Positions 49,295-60,002 of a stretch of 64,000 bases of DNA are shown here, in pieces; the stretch's first letter is position 1; every line of letters starts with the position of its first letter. Both the position numbers and the translations under genes were made by a program. The notes under the pieces were generated by a model that did no database searches, had not been told where the DNA came from, and worked only from the letters and a program-made list of their open reading frames with translations. The stretch is from an uncultured Clostridia bacterium. Its GTDB lineage: Bacteria; Bacillota; Clostridia; TANB77; CAG-508. The stretch spans positions 19,483 through 83,482 of the forward strand of contig CALXMM010000002.1 of assembly GCA_944389475.1 (NCBI GenBank), read 5' to 3'.

Positions 49295-49939
49295 ATGGAA
49301 TATGTTGTAATGTTAATAATAGCGTATTTAATAGGAAGCATTAATTTTTCAATTTTAATAAGTAAGAAAAGGGCTGGATATGATATAAGAGAAAAAGGTA
49401 GTGGTAATGCTGGAACTACGAATATGCTAAGGAATTTAGGAAAAAAATATGCCGCAATTACTTTAATTTGTGATATATTAAAAGGTGTTGTTTCCATTGT
49501 TATAGCAATTATTATTGGTAAAATATTAGGAGAAAATACAAATGCAGCATTATTAGTACAAATCGCTGGAGTAGCAGTTGTTTTAGGACATACTTTTCCA
49601 ATATTTTTTGGATTTAAAGGGGGAAAAGGTGTTGCAACATCTTTAGGTATTCTTTTAATAACAAATTGGCAGATTGGTTTAATTTGTTTAGTATTTGGAA
49701 TAGTATTGATAGCTTTAACAAGAATGGTTTCGTTGGGAGCAATAGCTGCAGCAGTATTATTCCCAATCCTTACACTATTCATTGGCGAAAATTATTATAT
49801 TGTGCCAAGTTTTTCAGGATTAGGAAATGGCTATTTTATATTTAGTGTTATATTAGCTGTAATAGTAATATTTAACCATAGAACAAATATAAAAAGAATA
49901 TTAAATGGTTCAGAAAACAAAGTAAGTTTTAAAAAGTAG
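49295..49939 (+). CDS. plsY: Glycerol-3-phosphate acyltransferase PlsY
   Basis: It has IAYLIGSINFSI and GSGNAGTTN, and is a multi-TM protein. Confidence 0.85.
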   Translation: MEYVVMLIIAYLIGSINFSILISKKRAGYDIREKGSGNAGTTNMLRNLGKKYAAITLICDILKGVVSIVIAIIIGKILGENTNAALLVQIAGVAVVLGHTFPIFFGFKGGKGVATSLGILLITNWQIGLICLVFGIVLIALTRMVSLGAIAAAVLFPILTLFIGENYYIVPSFSGLGNGYFIFSVILAVIVIFNHRTNIKRILNGSENKVSFKK

Positions 49940-49950
49940 GAGGAAAACAA

Positions 49951-50934
49951 ATGAAAAAAATTGCAATAATAGGTAGTGGAAGTTGGGGAGTAGCATTAGC
50001 TATTCATTTATCAAAATTAGGACATCAAATAAAATTATGGTCACATTCAGAAAGCGAAGCAGATTTAATAAATAATGAAAGAAAGTGTAAGTTTTTACCA
50101 AATGTAACGATACCTGATGGAATTACAGCATACACAGAATATAAAGATGCAATAGATGGGTCAGAATTAATATTACATGTTACACCATCAAAATTTACTC
50201 GTGAGAATGTAAAAAAATATAAACAATATGTAACTAATCAACCAATAATAATGTGTTCTAAAGGCTTTGAAAAAGAAACGTTATTACCATTGGATGAAGT
50301 TGTAAGACAGGAAATACCAAATGCAAGAATAGGTGCTTTTTCTGGACCAAGTCATGCTGAAGAAGTTAGTATAGGGATTCCAACAGTAATGGTAATTGCC
50401 TCTAATGATGATGAACTTTTATTTGATATTCAAAACTCTTTTATGAGTCCAGAATTAAGAATATATACTTCACGTGATATAAGAGGAGTTGAAATTGGAG
50501 GAGCGTTTAAAAATATCATAGCTTTTTGTGCCGGTGTTGCAGCTGGTTTAGGATTAGGAGATAATTCTTTTGCCGCTCTAATAACAAGAGGTTTAGGAGA
50601 AATTACTAGGTTAGGAGTAACATTAGGTGGAAATAAAGATACTTTCTATGGCTTAAGTGGTTTAGGCGATTTAATAGTAACATGTCTAAGTGAGCATAGT
50701 AGAAATAGAAGAGCAGGAAAATTAATTGGACAAGGAAAAACAATAGAAGAGGCAAGAAAAGAAGTTGGGATGGTAATAGAGAGTATAGATAATATAGAAG
50801 CAGCATACGAACTTGCTAAAATTCATAATATAGAAATGCCAATTGTAAATGGAGTTTATGATATATTATATAATAATCTAGACCCTAAAGAAGCAGTTAC
50901 TATGCTAATGACACGTGATAAAAAATTTGAGTAA
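49951..50934 (+). CDS. gpsA: NAD(P)H-dependent glycerol-3-phosphate dehydrogenase
   Basis: It has the Rossmann-fold motif KIAIIGSGSWG. The der-plsY-gpsA order is conserved. Confidence 0.9.
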   Translation: MKKIAIIGSGSWGVALAIHLSKLGHQIKLWSHSESEADLINNERKCKFLPNVTIPDGITAYTEYKDAIDGSELILHVTPSKFTRENVKKYKQYVTNQPIIMCSKGFEKETLLPLDEVVRQEIPNARIGAFSGPSHAEEVSIGIPTVMVIASNDDELLFDIQNSFMSPELRIYTSRDIRGVEIGGAFKNIIAFCAGVAAGLGLGDNSFAALITRGLGEITRLGVTLGGNKDTFYGLSGLGDLIVTCLSEHSRNRRAGKLIGQGKTIEEARKEVGMVIESIDNIEAAYELAKIHNIEMPIVNGVYDILYNNLDPKEAVTMLMTRDKKFE

Positions 50935-50947
50935 AGGAGAAATTATT

Positions 50948-51310
50948 ATGGATTTTTTTGATAAAATTGGAAAAAAGGCATCAGAAACATATAAGGTAAC
51001 AGCAGAAAAAACAAGTAAAATTGCAAAAGAAACAAAATTAAAAATGGCAATTAACACATATAAATCAAATGCGGAAGAAGTATATAAAGAAATAGGAAAA
51101 ATTGTTTATCAAAAATATGCAGCACAAGAGGAAATGTTAGAAGAAGACATACAAGAAGAATTAAATAAATTAGATACAATACATGAACAAATTGAACAAG
51201 CAAACAAAGAAATTATGAGTTTAAAAGATAAAATTAGATGTAAAAATTGTAATTATGAAATGGATGAAGATTTTAAATATTGTCCAAAATGTGGTGCAAA
51301 GCAAGATTAA
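50948..51310 (+). CDS. Zinc-ribbon domain protein (hypothetical)
   Basis: The C-terminus has a CxxC...CxxC zinc ribbon (CKNCNYEMDEDFKYCPKCG). The start is probably the internal Met (MDFFDKIGKK). Confidence 0.5.
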   Translation: MDFFDKIGKKASETYKVTAEKTSKIAKETKLKMAINTYKSNAEEVYKEIGKIVYQKYAAQEEMLEEDIQEELNKLDTIHEQIEQANKEIMSLKDKIRCKNCNYEMDEDFKYCPKCGAKQD

Positions 51311-51369
51311 AAATAAATAATACTCTTGTATGAAATCGTGCAAGAGTATTATTTTTAAGGAGTGAAAAA

Positions 51370-51810
51370 ATGAAATTAGTTATACAAAGAGTAATTAAAT
51401 CAAAAGTAGAAGTGGATGGTAAAACTGTAGGAGAAATAGGCAAAGGATATATGGTGTTGCTTGGTGTAAAAAAAGGTGATACAAAAGAAAATGCGGATTA
51501 TCTTTCTAGAAAACTATGTAATTTAAGAATATTTGAAGATGAAAATGGTAAGATGAATTTATCTATAAAAGATATTAATGGGGAATTGCTTATAATTTCA
51601 CAATTTACTTTATACGGAAACACAAAAGATGGTAATAGACCAAGTTTTATAGAAGCAGAGGAACCTAAAAAAGCAAATGAACTTTATGAATATTTTATGG
51701 AAAAATGTAAAGAGAATGGAATAAAAAAAGTGGAAAAAGGAATATTTGGAGCTCATATGGAAGTTTCATTAATAAATGATGGGCCAGATACAATTATTAT
51801 GGAAAAATAG
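51370..51810 (+). CDS. dtd: D-aminoacyl-tRNA deacylase
   Basis: MKLVIQRV...LLGV...[17 protein letters not shown]...LINDGP aligns with E. coli Dtd. Confidence 0.9.
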   Translation: MKLVIQRVIKSKVEVDGKTVGEIGKGYMVLLGVKKGDTKENADYLSRKLCNLRIFEDENGKMNLSIKDINGELLIISQFTLYGNTKDGNRPSFIEAEEPKKANELYEYFMEKCKENGIKKVEKGIFGAHMEVSLINDGPDTIIMEK

Positions 51811-52140
51811 CTAATATGGAAAACGTTCAAACATATATCTTATAATTAAATCAGCATTATGGTCTGTAATGTTAATTAAGATTCCTGGGTCAAGAGAAAT
51901 CCACATTCCAATTTTATATTTATAGTTATTATCAATAAAACTACCAATTATATCAACAATCTCTATGGGATTGTTGTATTTTTTTGACCAATTTAAATCA
52001 TCTTTCAATTTAATGGGCTCATTAAAAAAACTTTCTAAAAAATTTTTTATATCACCACTTCTCGTACTATATAAATTTACACTTACCAATGTTAAAACTC
52101 CTTTTAAAATAGTATTTGTATTAAAAAAATATTTATGCAT
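51811..52140 (-). CDS. Hypothetical protein (109 aa)
   Basis: The ORF abuts the dtd stop codon on the opposite strand. I recognise no motif, and coding support is weak. Confidence 0.3.
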   Translation of the reverse strand: MHKYFFNTNTILKGVLTLVSVNLYSTRSGDIKNFLESFFNEPIKLKDDLNWSKKYNNPIEIVDIIGSFIDNNYKYKIGMWISLDPGILINITDHNADLIIRYMFERFPY

Positions 52141-52194
52141 TAGTATACAAAATCAATTTTTGGAAATAATATGAAAAAAGGTTTTGGAGGGAAT

Positions 52195-53031
52195 ATGATA
52201 AAGAAAAGTTTGCAAATATTAATTGTTCTATGTTTTATAGCTTTAATGATATTTTCAATTTCTGGTTGTTCAAAACAAAAAACTGAAGAAGAGGAATTGA
52301 GTGATAAAAATATTTCAGAAATAGAATATTTAGATGATTACATTATGCTAATGCTAAATAGTATAAATGATATAGATTTAAAACAATATGATGCTAAAAT
52401 CGAAAAAACAGAAAATTTAAATGAGGTATTGTCAGCAGATGAGGAAACTTCAAGTGAGGATTCTAGTAATAATGTAATACAATATACAATGATTCCAAAT
52501 ATGGTTTTAAATTCTGATAAAACAATTAATTGGGATAATTTAAAAATGCAAGTTGAAAATTTAAATAATATTTGGCCATCTATAATTGTGGATTTATATA
52601 AAGCAAATGTAGACAACAATAAATTAACAGAATTTAGTGATTTAATTAATACATGTATTACTAATGTAAAATCGGAAAATAGAACAGAGACACTTAATAG
52701 TTTGTCAAAGTTATATGACTATATACCAACTTTTTTAGAAAAAATAACGAATAATGAACAAGATTTGGCAATAGCCAAAACTAAAGTAGAAGTAATGCAT
52801 GCATATGTAAATATTGACTTAGAGAATTGGGAAGGTTTAAAAAATAATTTGGATTTGGCAGTTCAAAATTTTGAACCTGTTGTAAATAATACAAATAACT
52901 CCGAAAAGGAATATAATATAAGTAAATCGTATGTTTTGCTACAAGAATTTAAAAATGCTGTAGATTCACATGATAAAGATTTATTGTTTATAAAATATAA
53001 AAATTTAATGGAAGAATTGATAATACTGTAG
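52195..53031 (+). CDS. Putative lipoprotein (hypothetical)
   Basis: It has a signal peptide with a lipobox (FSISGCS). A GGAGGG RBS precedes the ATG at 52195. Confidence 0.55.
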   Translation: MIKKSLQILIVLCFIALMIFSISGCSKQKTEEEELSDKNISEIEYLDDYIMLMLNSINDIDLKQYDAKIEKTENLNEVLSADEETSSEDSSNNVIQYTMIPNMVLNSDKTINWDNLKMQVENLNNIWPSIIVDLYKANVDNNKLTEFSDLINTCITNVKSENRTETLNSLSKLYDYIPTFLEKITNNEQDLAIAKTKVEVMHAYVNIDLENWEGLKNNLDLAVQNFEPVVNNTNNSEKEYNISKSYVLLQEFKNAVDSHDKDLLFIKYKNLMEELIIL

Positions 53032-53063
53032 TTGACATTTTTTTCAAAAATGTTAAAATAAAT

Positions 53064-53397
53064 AAGAGTAAATTAGACAGTCGCGTATAGCAAGGTCGAA
53101 AGGCAGCGTACGAGGAAAGTCCGGGCTCCATAGAGCAATGATGCTGGATAACGTCCAGTGAGGGAAACCTTAAGGAAAGTGCAACAGAAAATAACCGCCA
53201 GAAATGGTAAGGGTGAAAAGGTGAGGTAAGAGCTTACCGCAGATATGGTGACATATCTGGTCAATGTAAACCCCATCTGGAGCAACACCGAGCTTGAGGG
53301 TTAAGACTGCTCGTCATCCTCTTATTGGTGGCTTGAGCCATATGGTAACATATGGAATAGATAAATGACTGTCCAAGACAGAACCCGGCTTATAGAT
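53064..53397 (+). ncRNA. rnpB: RNase P RNA (bacterial type A)
   Basis: It has the universal P4 sequences GAGGAAAGTCCGGGCTCCATAG and ACAGAACCCGGCTTA, and a 5' CAGACAGTCGC like E. coli M1 RNA. P1 pairs agagtaaatt with agatttactt. Confidence 0.8.
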
Positions 53398-53413
53398 TTA
53401 CTTATATATCAAA

Positions 53414-53446
53414 AATAGGCTGTAAATGCAGCCTATTTTTGTTGCT
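53414..53446. terminator. Bidirectional terminator after rnpB
   Basis: The stem aggctg-taaat-gcagcct is flanked by an A-run and TATTTTTG. Confidence 0.6.
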
Positions 53447-53470
53447 TTTTATATTAAATAAAATTTTTAA

Positions 53471-53564
53471 GTTTTATGGAAACCAGATGAACTTTAAGGT
53501 CCGTCCCCAAAGTTCAAAGTTTATGGAAACCAGATGAACTTTAAGGTCTGTCCTTAAAGTTCAG
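53471..53564. repeat. Tandem 47-bp duplication (two copies), each with a hairpin (gaactttaagg-N5-ccttaaagttc), overlapping the 3' end of the rluD-like gene
   Basis: It is seen directly. The two copies share 28 identical nucleotides. Copy 2 encodes the C-terminal residues NFKDRP and the stop codon. Confidence 0.8.
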
Positions 53565-54410
53565 AGGAGCTTCCAAGGTCATAACTTTTTTAAAAATTGG
53601 ATGTGTAAAAGTAATTCTATAGCTATGTAGAGCTTGTCTATTAATTAATTTAGAAGGATTCCCATATAGAGTGTCTCCTAAAACCGGATGTCCAATATGG
53701 CTAAAATGAACTCTTATTTGATGTGTTCTACCTGTTTCTAATACAATGTGTACCAATGAAAGGTTGTTAAAAGTTTTTAATACTTCATAATGTGTAATGG
53801 CTTTATCACCATTTGGAGAAACACATCTTTCTATAATGCTACCTTCTTTTCTTGCAATTGGGTAATCCAATGTTCCAGATTTTTTATCTAAAATACCTTC
53901 TACAATTGCTAAATATTCTTTTTTAAATTCTTTTGTTTTCATTTGCCTAATTAAACATTCCTGTATATATTCATTTTTCGCAAAAATAACAAGTCCAGAA
54001 GTGTTCCTATCCAGCCTGTTTACAATTCTAATTTTTTTCTTTAAACCTATTTTATCAAAATAAAATTTGACACCATTGGATAAACTATCACTATAATGTA
54101 AAATTGAAGGATGAATTGCGATACTTGCAGGTTTGTTAATAACTAGTAAATAGTCATCTTCATAAATAATATCTAATGGCATTTCTGTTGCAACTATATT
54201 AGAATTATCTTCTTCAAAATCAATTGTAACAGATATTGTATCGCCAATATTTACTAACTTCCTGGTATATGTTGGAAGATTATTTAAATAAATTTTATTT
54301 ACTTTTTTAAGCTTTGTAATTAATCTGTCAGACAATAAAAATTGTTCTTTTAAAACGTGAAAAACATTGTTAAATTTATCAGTTTCCTTTATTTTATAAG
54401 ATAAATTCAT
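53541..54410 (-). CDS. rluD: RluA-family pseudouridine synthase (RluD/YlyB-like) with an N-terminal S4-like domain
   Basis: It has the catalytic motif HRLDRNTSGLVIFAKNE and GRTHQIRVH. Confidence 0.85.
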   Translation of the reverse strand: MNLSYKIKETDKFNNVFHVLKEQFLLSDRLITKLKKVNKIYLNNLPTYTRKLVNIGDTISVTIDFEEDNSNIVATEMPLDIIYEDDYLLVINKPASIAIHPSILHYSDSLSNGVKFYFDKIGLKKKIRIVNRLDRNTSGLVIFAKNEYIQECLIRQMKTKEFKKEYLAIVEGILDKKSGTLDYPIARKEGSIIERCVSPNGDKAITHYEVLKTFNNLSLVHIVLETGRTHQIRVHFSHIGHPVLGDTLYGNPSKLINRQALHSYRITFTHPIFKKVMTLEAPLNFKDRP

Positions 54411-54589
54411 AAAATCACCAAGTATATTATAAAAAAATTACAAAATAATGGCAATATAAATAAGAATTTTACTTGATTTTTATATAGAAATATAGTAAAA
54501 TATTGAAAGCAACCTTATACTTAGCTTTAGGATATAACACACCTAACTTTAGCTCAGTTTAAGGAATAGGAATTATGGGAGGTGTAAAC

Positions 54590-54853
54590 ATGACAAAGGA
54601 AAGAAAACAAGAAGTTATTAATACTTATAAAAGAGATGAAAAAGATACTGGTTCACCAGAAGTACAAGTAGCTCTTTTAACAGAAAGAATTAATGAATTA
54701 ACAGAACATTTAAAAGTTCACAAAAAAGACAATCACTCTAGAAGAGGACTTTTAAAAATGGTTGGTAAAAGAAGAAATTTATTAAACTATTTAGCTAGAA
54801 AAGATGTTCAAAGATATAGAGATTTAATAGCAAAATTAGGTTTAAGAAAATAG
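54590..54853 (+). CDS. rpsO: 30S ribosomal protein S15
   Basis: It has [51 protein letters not shown] precedes the ATG at 54590. Confidence 0.95.
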   Translation: MTKERKQEVINTYKRDEKDTGSPEVQVALLTERINELTEHLKVHKKDNHSRRGLLKMVGKRRNLLNYLARKDVQRYRDLIAKLGLRK

Positions 54854-55049
54854 TATACAACTTTAGGGCGTTATCAGTACGCCCTAAAATTATATAATTA
54901 AAATTGGGTTATAACTTTTAAAGTTTAACATAAATACTTATTTATTATTTTAGAAGGTAGCTTGTATTCTGAACTATTTTAGATAATTTAGAATAGAGGT
55001 TACATCTAATAATAAATAAGTAAAATTAATTATTAGAGGAGAGATGAAA

Positions 55050-57158
55050 ATGTATAAAGTTTATGAAACAGAACTTGCAGGAAGAAAACTTTCTTTAGAG
55101 ACAGGTAAGCTAGCAGGTTTAGCAAATGGAAGTGTTTTGGTAAGATATGGAGATACAGTAGTATTAGTAGATGTTACTGCATCAAAAGAACCAAGAGATG
55201 GGATAGATTTCTTCCCATTATCAGTAGATTACGAGGAAAAATTATATTCAGTAGGAAAAATACCAGGAAGTTATACAAAAAGAGAGGGAAAACCAAGTGA
55301 TAAAGCAATACTTACATCAAGAGCAATAGACAGACCATTAAGACCATTATTCCCAAAAGATTTTAGAAATGATGTATGTGTTGTAGCAACAGTTCTTTCA
55401 GTAGAACAAGACAATCAACCAGAAATATGTGCAATGATTGGTGCATCAGCAGCATTGTCAATATCAGATATTCCATTTGGAGGTCCAACAGCAGCAGTAG
55501 CAGTAGGATATGTAAATGATGAAATTATTATTAATCCAACAGAGGAACAAAGAAAAAATAGTAGATTAACTCTTACAGTAGCTGGAACTGAAGAAAAAAT
55601 AACAATGATAGAAGCCGGAGCAGATGAAATACCAGATGATACAATGTTAGAAGCAATAAAAGAAGCACATGTAGAAATTAAAAAATTATGTGCATTTATA
55701 AGCAAAATGAAAGAAGAAATAGGAAAGCCAAAATTTGAATATAAATCATTTGCAGTAGATGAAGAAGTATATAAAGAAATAGAAGAAAACTTCGAAGAAA
55801 AAATGAAAGTTGCAATTCAAGCTGTAGATAAAGAAGTAAGAGATGACAATATAGATAAATTAACAGATGAAGTTGTTGAATATTACACAAATAAATATGG
55901 CGAAGAAGCAGCAGAAGAGAAAATGCCAGATTTAGCAACAAGTATTCATGATTTGGAGAAAAAATGTGTAAGAGCAATGATATATAATGAACATAGAAGA
56001 CCTGATGGAAGAAAGATTGATGAAATTAGACCATTATCATGTGAAGTTGGATTACTTCCAAGAGTTCATGGTAGTGCATTATTTACAAGAGGTCAAACAC
56101 AAGTATTATCTGTTGCAACATTAGGAACGGTATCAGAAGAGCAAACTTTTGATGGAATAGATACAGAAGACCATAAGAGATATATGCACCAATATAATTT
56201 CCCAAGCTACAGTGTTGGAGAAGCAAGACCATCAAGAGGACCAGGAAGAAGAGAAATTGGACATGGAGCTTTAGCAGAAAAAGCATTAGCACCAGTAATA
56301 CCAAGTGAAGAGGAATTTCCATATGCAATAAGAGTTGTATCAGAAGTATTATCTTCTAATGGTTCAACATCACAAGCAAGTATTTGTGCAAGTACATTAG
56401 CATTAATGGATGCTGGTGTACCAATTAAAAGACCAGTTGCAGGAATTTCAACAGGACTTATAACAGCCCCAGATGGTTCAGATTATGTAATGCTAACAGA
56501 TATTCAAGGAATAGAAGATTTCTTTGGTGATATGGACTTTAAAGTTGGTGGAACAGAAAAAGGAATAACAGCAATACAAGTTGATATTAAAATAGATGGT
56601 TTAACTTATGACATAATTAGAGATGCATTCGAAAGAACTAGAAAAGCTCGTAAATATATTCTAGAAGAAATTATGTTAAAGAAATTACCAGAGCCTAGAA
56701 AAGAAATTTCAAAATATGCACCAAAAATTGTTAATATGAAAATTAAAGTAGATAAAATAAAAGATGTAATAGGTACTGGTGGAAAGACAATTAATAAAAT
56801 AATAGAAGAAACAGGCGTAAAAATAGATATTCAAGAAGATGGACAAGTATTCATATATTCTTCAGAAGAAAGTCAAGCTAAGAGAGCAAAAGAAATAATA
56901 GAAGACATGGTAAGAGAAATCGAAGTGGGACAAGTATATACAGGAAAAGTAATAAAAATCATGAATTTTGGAGCTTTTGTAGATTTAGGTGCTGGCAAAG
57001 AAGGACTAGTTCACATTTCAAAAATTTCAAAAGAAAGAATAAAGAATATAGAAGATGTACTTCATGTAGGAGATACAGTTAAAGTAAAAGTAATAGAGAT
57101 AGATGAACAAGGTAGAATAAACTTATCAATGAAAGATGTAGATGAAAATAAACAATAA
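55050..57158 (+). CDS. pnp: Polynucleotide phosphorylase
   Basis: It has two RNase PH domains plus KH and S1 domains, and follows rpsO. Confidence 0.95.
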   Translation: MYKVYETELAGRKLSLETGKLAGLANGSVLVRYGDTVVLVDVTASKEPRDGIDFFPLSVDYEEKLYSVGKIPGSYTKREGKPSDKAILTSRAIDRPLRPLFPKDFRNDVCVVATVLSVEQDNQPEICAMIGASAALSISDIPFGGPTAAVAVGYVNDEIIINPTEEQRKNSRLTLTVAGTEEKITMIEAGADEIPDDTMLEAIKEAHVEIKKLCAFISKMKEEIGKPKFEYKSFAVDEEVYKEIEENFEEKMKVAIQAVDKEVRDDNIDKLTDEVVEYYTNKYGEEAAEEKMPDLATSIHDLEKKCVRAMIYNEHRRPDGRKIDEIRPLSCEVGLLPRVHGSALFTRGQTQVLSVATLGTVSEEQTFDGIDTEDHKRYMHQYNFPSYSVGEARPSRGPGRREIGHGALAEKALAPVIPSEEEFPYAIRVVSEVLSSNGSTSQASICASTLALMDAGVPIKRPVAGISTGLITAPDGSDYVMLTDIQGIEDFFGDMDFKVGGTEKGITAIQVDIKIDGLTYDIIRDAFERTRKARKYILEEIMLKKLPEPRKEISKYAPKIVNMKIKVDKIKDVIGTGGKTINKIIEETGVKIDIQEDGQVFIYSSEESQAKRAKEIIEDMVREIEVGQVYTGKVIKIMNFGAFVDLGAGKEGLVHISKISKERIKNIEDVLHVGDTVKVKVIEIDEQGRINLSMKDVDENKQ

Positions 57159-57269
57159 AATATTAAGATATTCTTAAATTTTGTCAAAAGTTGCAAAAAT
57201 AGTATAAAGGTAGTATAATTTAAATTGTAGTGAATAATATAGAATAAATAATAAAAAGAGAGGGAAAAG

Positions 57270-58523
57270 ATGGAATATTTATATATAGTTCAACAAGCAT
57301 TAGTTTGGATACTTACAATATTTTGGTTGTACCAATTAATGATAAGTATTTGTTCGCTTGTAAAATTAAAAGAAAAACCTTTACTAGTAAATAAAAATCA
57401 TAGATTTATGGCAATTATTCCTGCACACAATGAAGAGGCTGTAGTAGGCAACTTAATAGAAAGTTTAAAAAATCAAGATTATCCTAAAGAATTATACGAT
57501 ATATATGTAATTGCAGATAACTGTACAGATAATACTGCAAAAATTGCTAGAGAAAAAGGAGCCATTGTATACGAAAGATTTGATAGTGAAAAGAAAACAA
57601 AAGGATATGCATTACAATGGTTTCTACAACAAAAAATACAGGAAAATGCTCCATATGATGCATTCTTTGTATTTGATGCAGATAATATAGTAGATAAAGG
57701 CTTTATAAAAGCAATGAATAAAAAATTATGCCAAGGTGAAGATGTTGTTCAAGGATATAGAGATATAAAAAATCCAACAGATAGTTGGGTAACAGCTGGT
57801 TATGCAATATTCTATTGGACAATGCACCGTTTCTACCATTTAGCTAGATATAATTTAGGATTATCACCATTATTAAATGGTACAGGTTTTATGGTAAGAT
57901 TTGATGTAATTAAGCCAAATGGTTGGGATACACAAACATTAACAGAAGATATAGAGTTTTCTCTTAAAAGAATTATAAAAGGTAAAAAACTTGGTTGGGC
58001 AACAGATGCAATAGTTTATGATGAACAACCAGTAGGATTTAGACAATCTTGGTCACAAAGAACAAGATGGAGTGTTGGACATATCCAATGTATTCAAAAA
58101 TATACTAAGGAACTTGCAAAAGGTGTAAAGAAATATAAAACATTAATGAACTTTGATGGTTTATTATATATTTTAGGTAGTATACCAATGTTCGTAGTTA
58201 CTTTAATTTTACTATTAATAAATGCAATTATGTATTTAAATAATGGTATGACAACAATGGATTTACTAGCAAATTATGCAAGATACATTATTCCAACATT
58301 CTTCTTACCAATCTTAAGTGGTATATTAATAATGAAATTGGATAAAAGACCAATTAAACCTATGATAAAAGGACTATTATGTTATCCTTTATTCCTAGGT
58401 TCATGGCTTTTAATTAACTTTAAAGTATTATTTAAGAGAGATACAAAATGGGAGAAAATTGACCACGTTAGAGATATTAAAATTAGCGATGTTCAAGAAA
58501 ATCCAGAACTTGAGAAAGTATAA
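57270..58523 (+). CDS. Family 2 glycosyltransferase, processive type (IcaA/NodC-like), integral membrane
   Basis: It has IIPAHNEE, a DxD motif (FDADN) and the QxxRW motif (QRTRW), with N- and C-terminal TM helices. Confidence 0.75.
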   Translation: MEYLYIVQQALVWILTIFWLYQLMISICSLVKLKEKPLLVNKNHRFMAIIPAHNEEAVVGNLIESLKNQDYPKELYDIYVIADNCTDNTAKIAREKGAIVYERFDSEKKTKGYALQWFLQQKIQENAPYDAFFVFDADNIVDKGFIKAMNKKLCQGEDVVQGYRDIKNPTDSWVTAGYAIFYWTMHRFYHLARYNLGLSPLLNGTGFMVRFDVIKPNGWDTQTLTEDIEFSLKRIIKGKKLGWATDAIVYDEQPVGFRQSWSQRTRWSVGHIQCIQKYTKELAKGVKKYKTLMNFDGLLYILGSIPMFVVTLILLLINAIMYLNNGMTTMDLLANYARYIIPTFFLPILSGILIMKLDKRPIKPMIKGLLCYPLFLGSWLLINFKVLFKRDTKWEKIDHVRDIKISDVQENPELEKV

Positions 58524-58537
58524 AATATAAAAAAAGC

Positions 58538-58590
58538 TGAAAACATTTAAGCACTTTTATAAGCTGAAAAGCCTATAAAAGTGCTTTTTT
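58538..58590 (+). terminator. Rho-independent terminator
   Basis: The stem aagcacttttata...tataaaagtgctt is followed by a T7 run. Confidence 0.7.
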
Positions 58591-58897
58591 TATATAGAAA
58601 AATCTAAGGTTTTAATTTATATAACAAGGTTGGGTCTTTTTGATTGCAAAGTAATTGTACACATGTGGCAAATTTATTTTCTATATAAATAAAATTTATG
58701 GGATATATAAAAAATAAGTATTTGCTTTTTGAGTAAAGAAATTATATATATAATACAATATTAGTATTTATAATGCTTTTATAGTTTTCAAAAGAAAAAA
58801 TATGATCGTTTTAAAACAAAATGGTTAAATTAGAAAAACATAAAAGAAAAAAGAGAATCAGTAATTATAACAAAAGGGGGTGTAGAAATTGGAAGAA

Positions 58898-59448
58898 ATG
58901 GAATATGAAAAAATTATTAATGATATTGAGATATTATTAAATGATATTTGTAAAGATGATAGAATGAAGTATCATATTATTCCAGTAGTAAATATTTCAA
59001 AAGAAATGGCAAAAAAATGAATGCTGATATTCAAGTTGTAGAGATAGCAGCTTATTTGCATGATGTAACAAAAATTTTAGGTGATAGAAAAAATCATCAT
59101 ATTTCAGGAGCTAAGTATGCAAGAGGTTTTTTAGAAAAGTATAAAATTCCGAAAGAAAAAATTAGTCTAATAGAGGAATGTATAAAAAATCATAGAGGTT
59201 CAACGGATTCTCAAAGAAAAACAATAGAAGAAAAAATTGTAGCGACAGCTGATTCGGTTGCTCAATTTCAGCATCCGCTTACTTTGTTTTATGCTTGGTA
59301 TGGTAGGAGACAATGTTCAATAGATGATGGAGCGGATGGAATAGAAAATAAACTACAGAGAAGTTGGAATAAGATAGAGTTTGAATATGTAAAAAATGAA
59401 CTCAAAGAAAAATATAATAATTTAATGCAATTATTAAGGGAGAGATAA
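58898..59448 (+). pseudogene. HD-domain phosphohydrolase gene interrupted by a frameshift at an A7 homopolymer (59011-59017)
   Basis: The upstream 40-codon ORF (...RMKYHIIPVVNISKEMAKK) and the downstream ORF (MNADIQVVEIAAYLHDVTK...) would join into one H..HD protein if the run were A8. Confidence 0.6.
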
Positions 59449-59449
59449 A

Positions 59450-59986
59450 GTGAAAGTACATTATGCAGACCGAAGATATGATAAAAATATATTAAAAAAA
59501 GATTTCAAAATAAAAGATATTGATAATATGGGCTTTATAGGAAAAGTTGGTCTTATAAAAATAAAAGATTTACAAAATGAGTTTGTAGGTACTAGGCCAG
59601 ATGGTAGTAAAACATTATTGATTGCGAAAAATTATAAATTGATGACAATTTTCCCAAAAAAAGAAAATTATTGTATAACCGTTATGTATGATAAAAATTG
59701 GAATATATTACAATGGTATTTTGACATAAACAGATATGTATGTAAATATGATGATGGAATACCATATAGTGAAGATTTATATTTAGATGTTGTGGTATTA
59801 CCAAATGGAGAATTTTATTCACTTGATGAAAATGAGTTGGAAGAGGCTCTGAGCAAAAAATTAATTTCTAAAGATGAATTTGACATGGCTTATAAAACGA
59901 TGGATAAAATTACTAAAATGATAAAAAATGAATTTGAAAAATTTTGTGATTTCACAAATTTTTGCCTAGAAGTTATAAAATATTAA
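59450..59986 (+). CDS. DUF402-family protein (FomD/YgaC-like putative nucleoside-diphosphatase fold)
   Basis: The size and motifs ([30 protein letters not shown]) fit DUF402. This is recognition-level evidence only. Confidence 0.5.
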   Translation: MKVHYADRRYDKNILKKDFKIKDIDNMGFIGKVGLIKIKDLQNEFVGTRPDGSKTLLIAKNYKLMTIFPKKENYCITVMYDKNWNILQWYFDINRYVCKYDDGIPYSEDLYLDVVVLPNGEFYSLDENELEEALSKKLISKDEFDMAYKTMDKITKMIKNEFEKFCDFTNFCLEVIKY

Positions 59987-60002
59987 AATTAGGAGTATAA
60001 AA

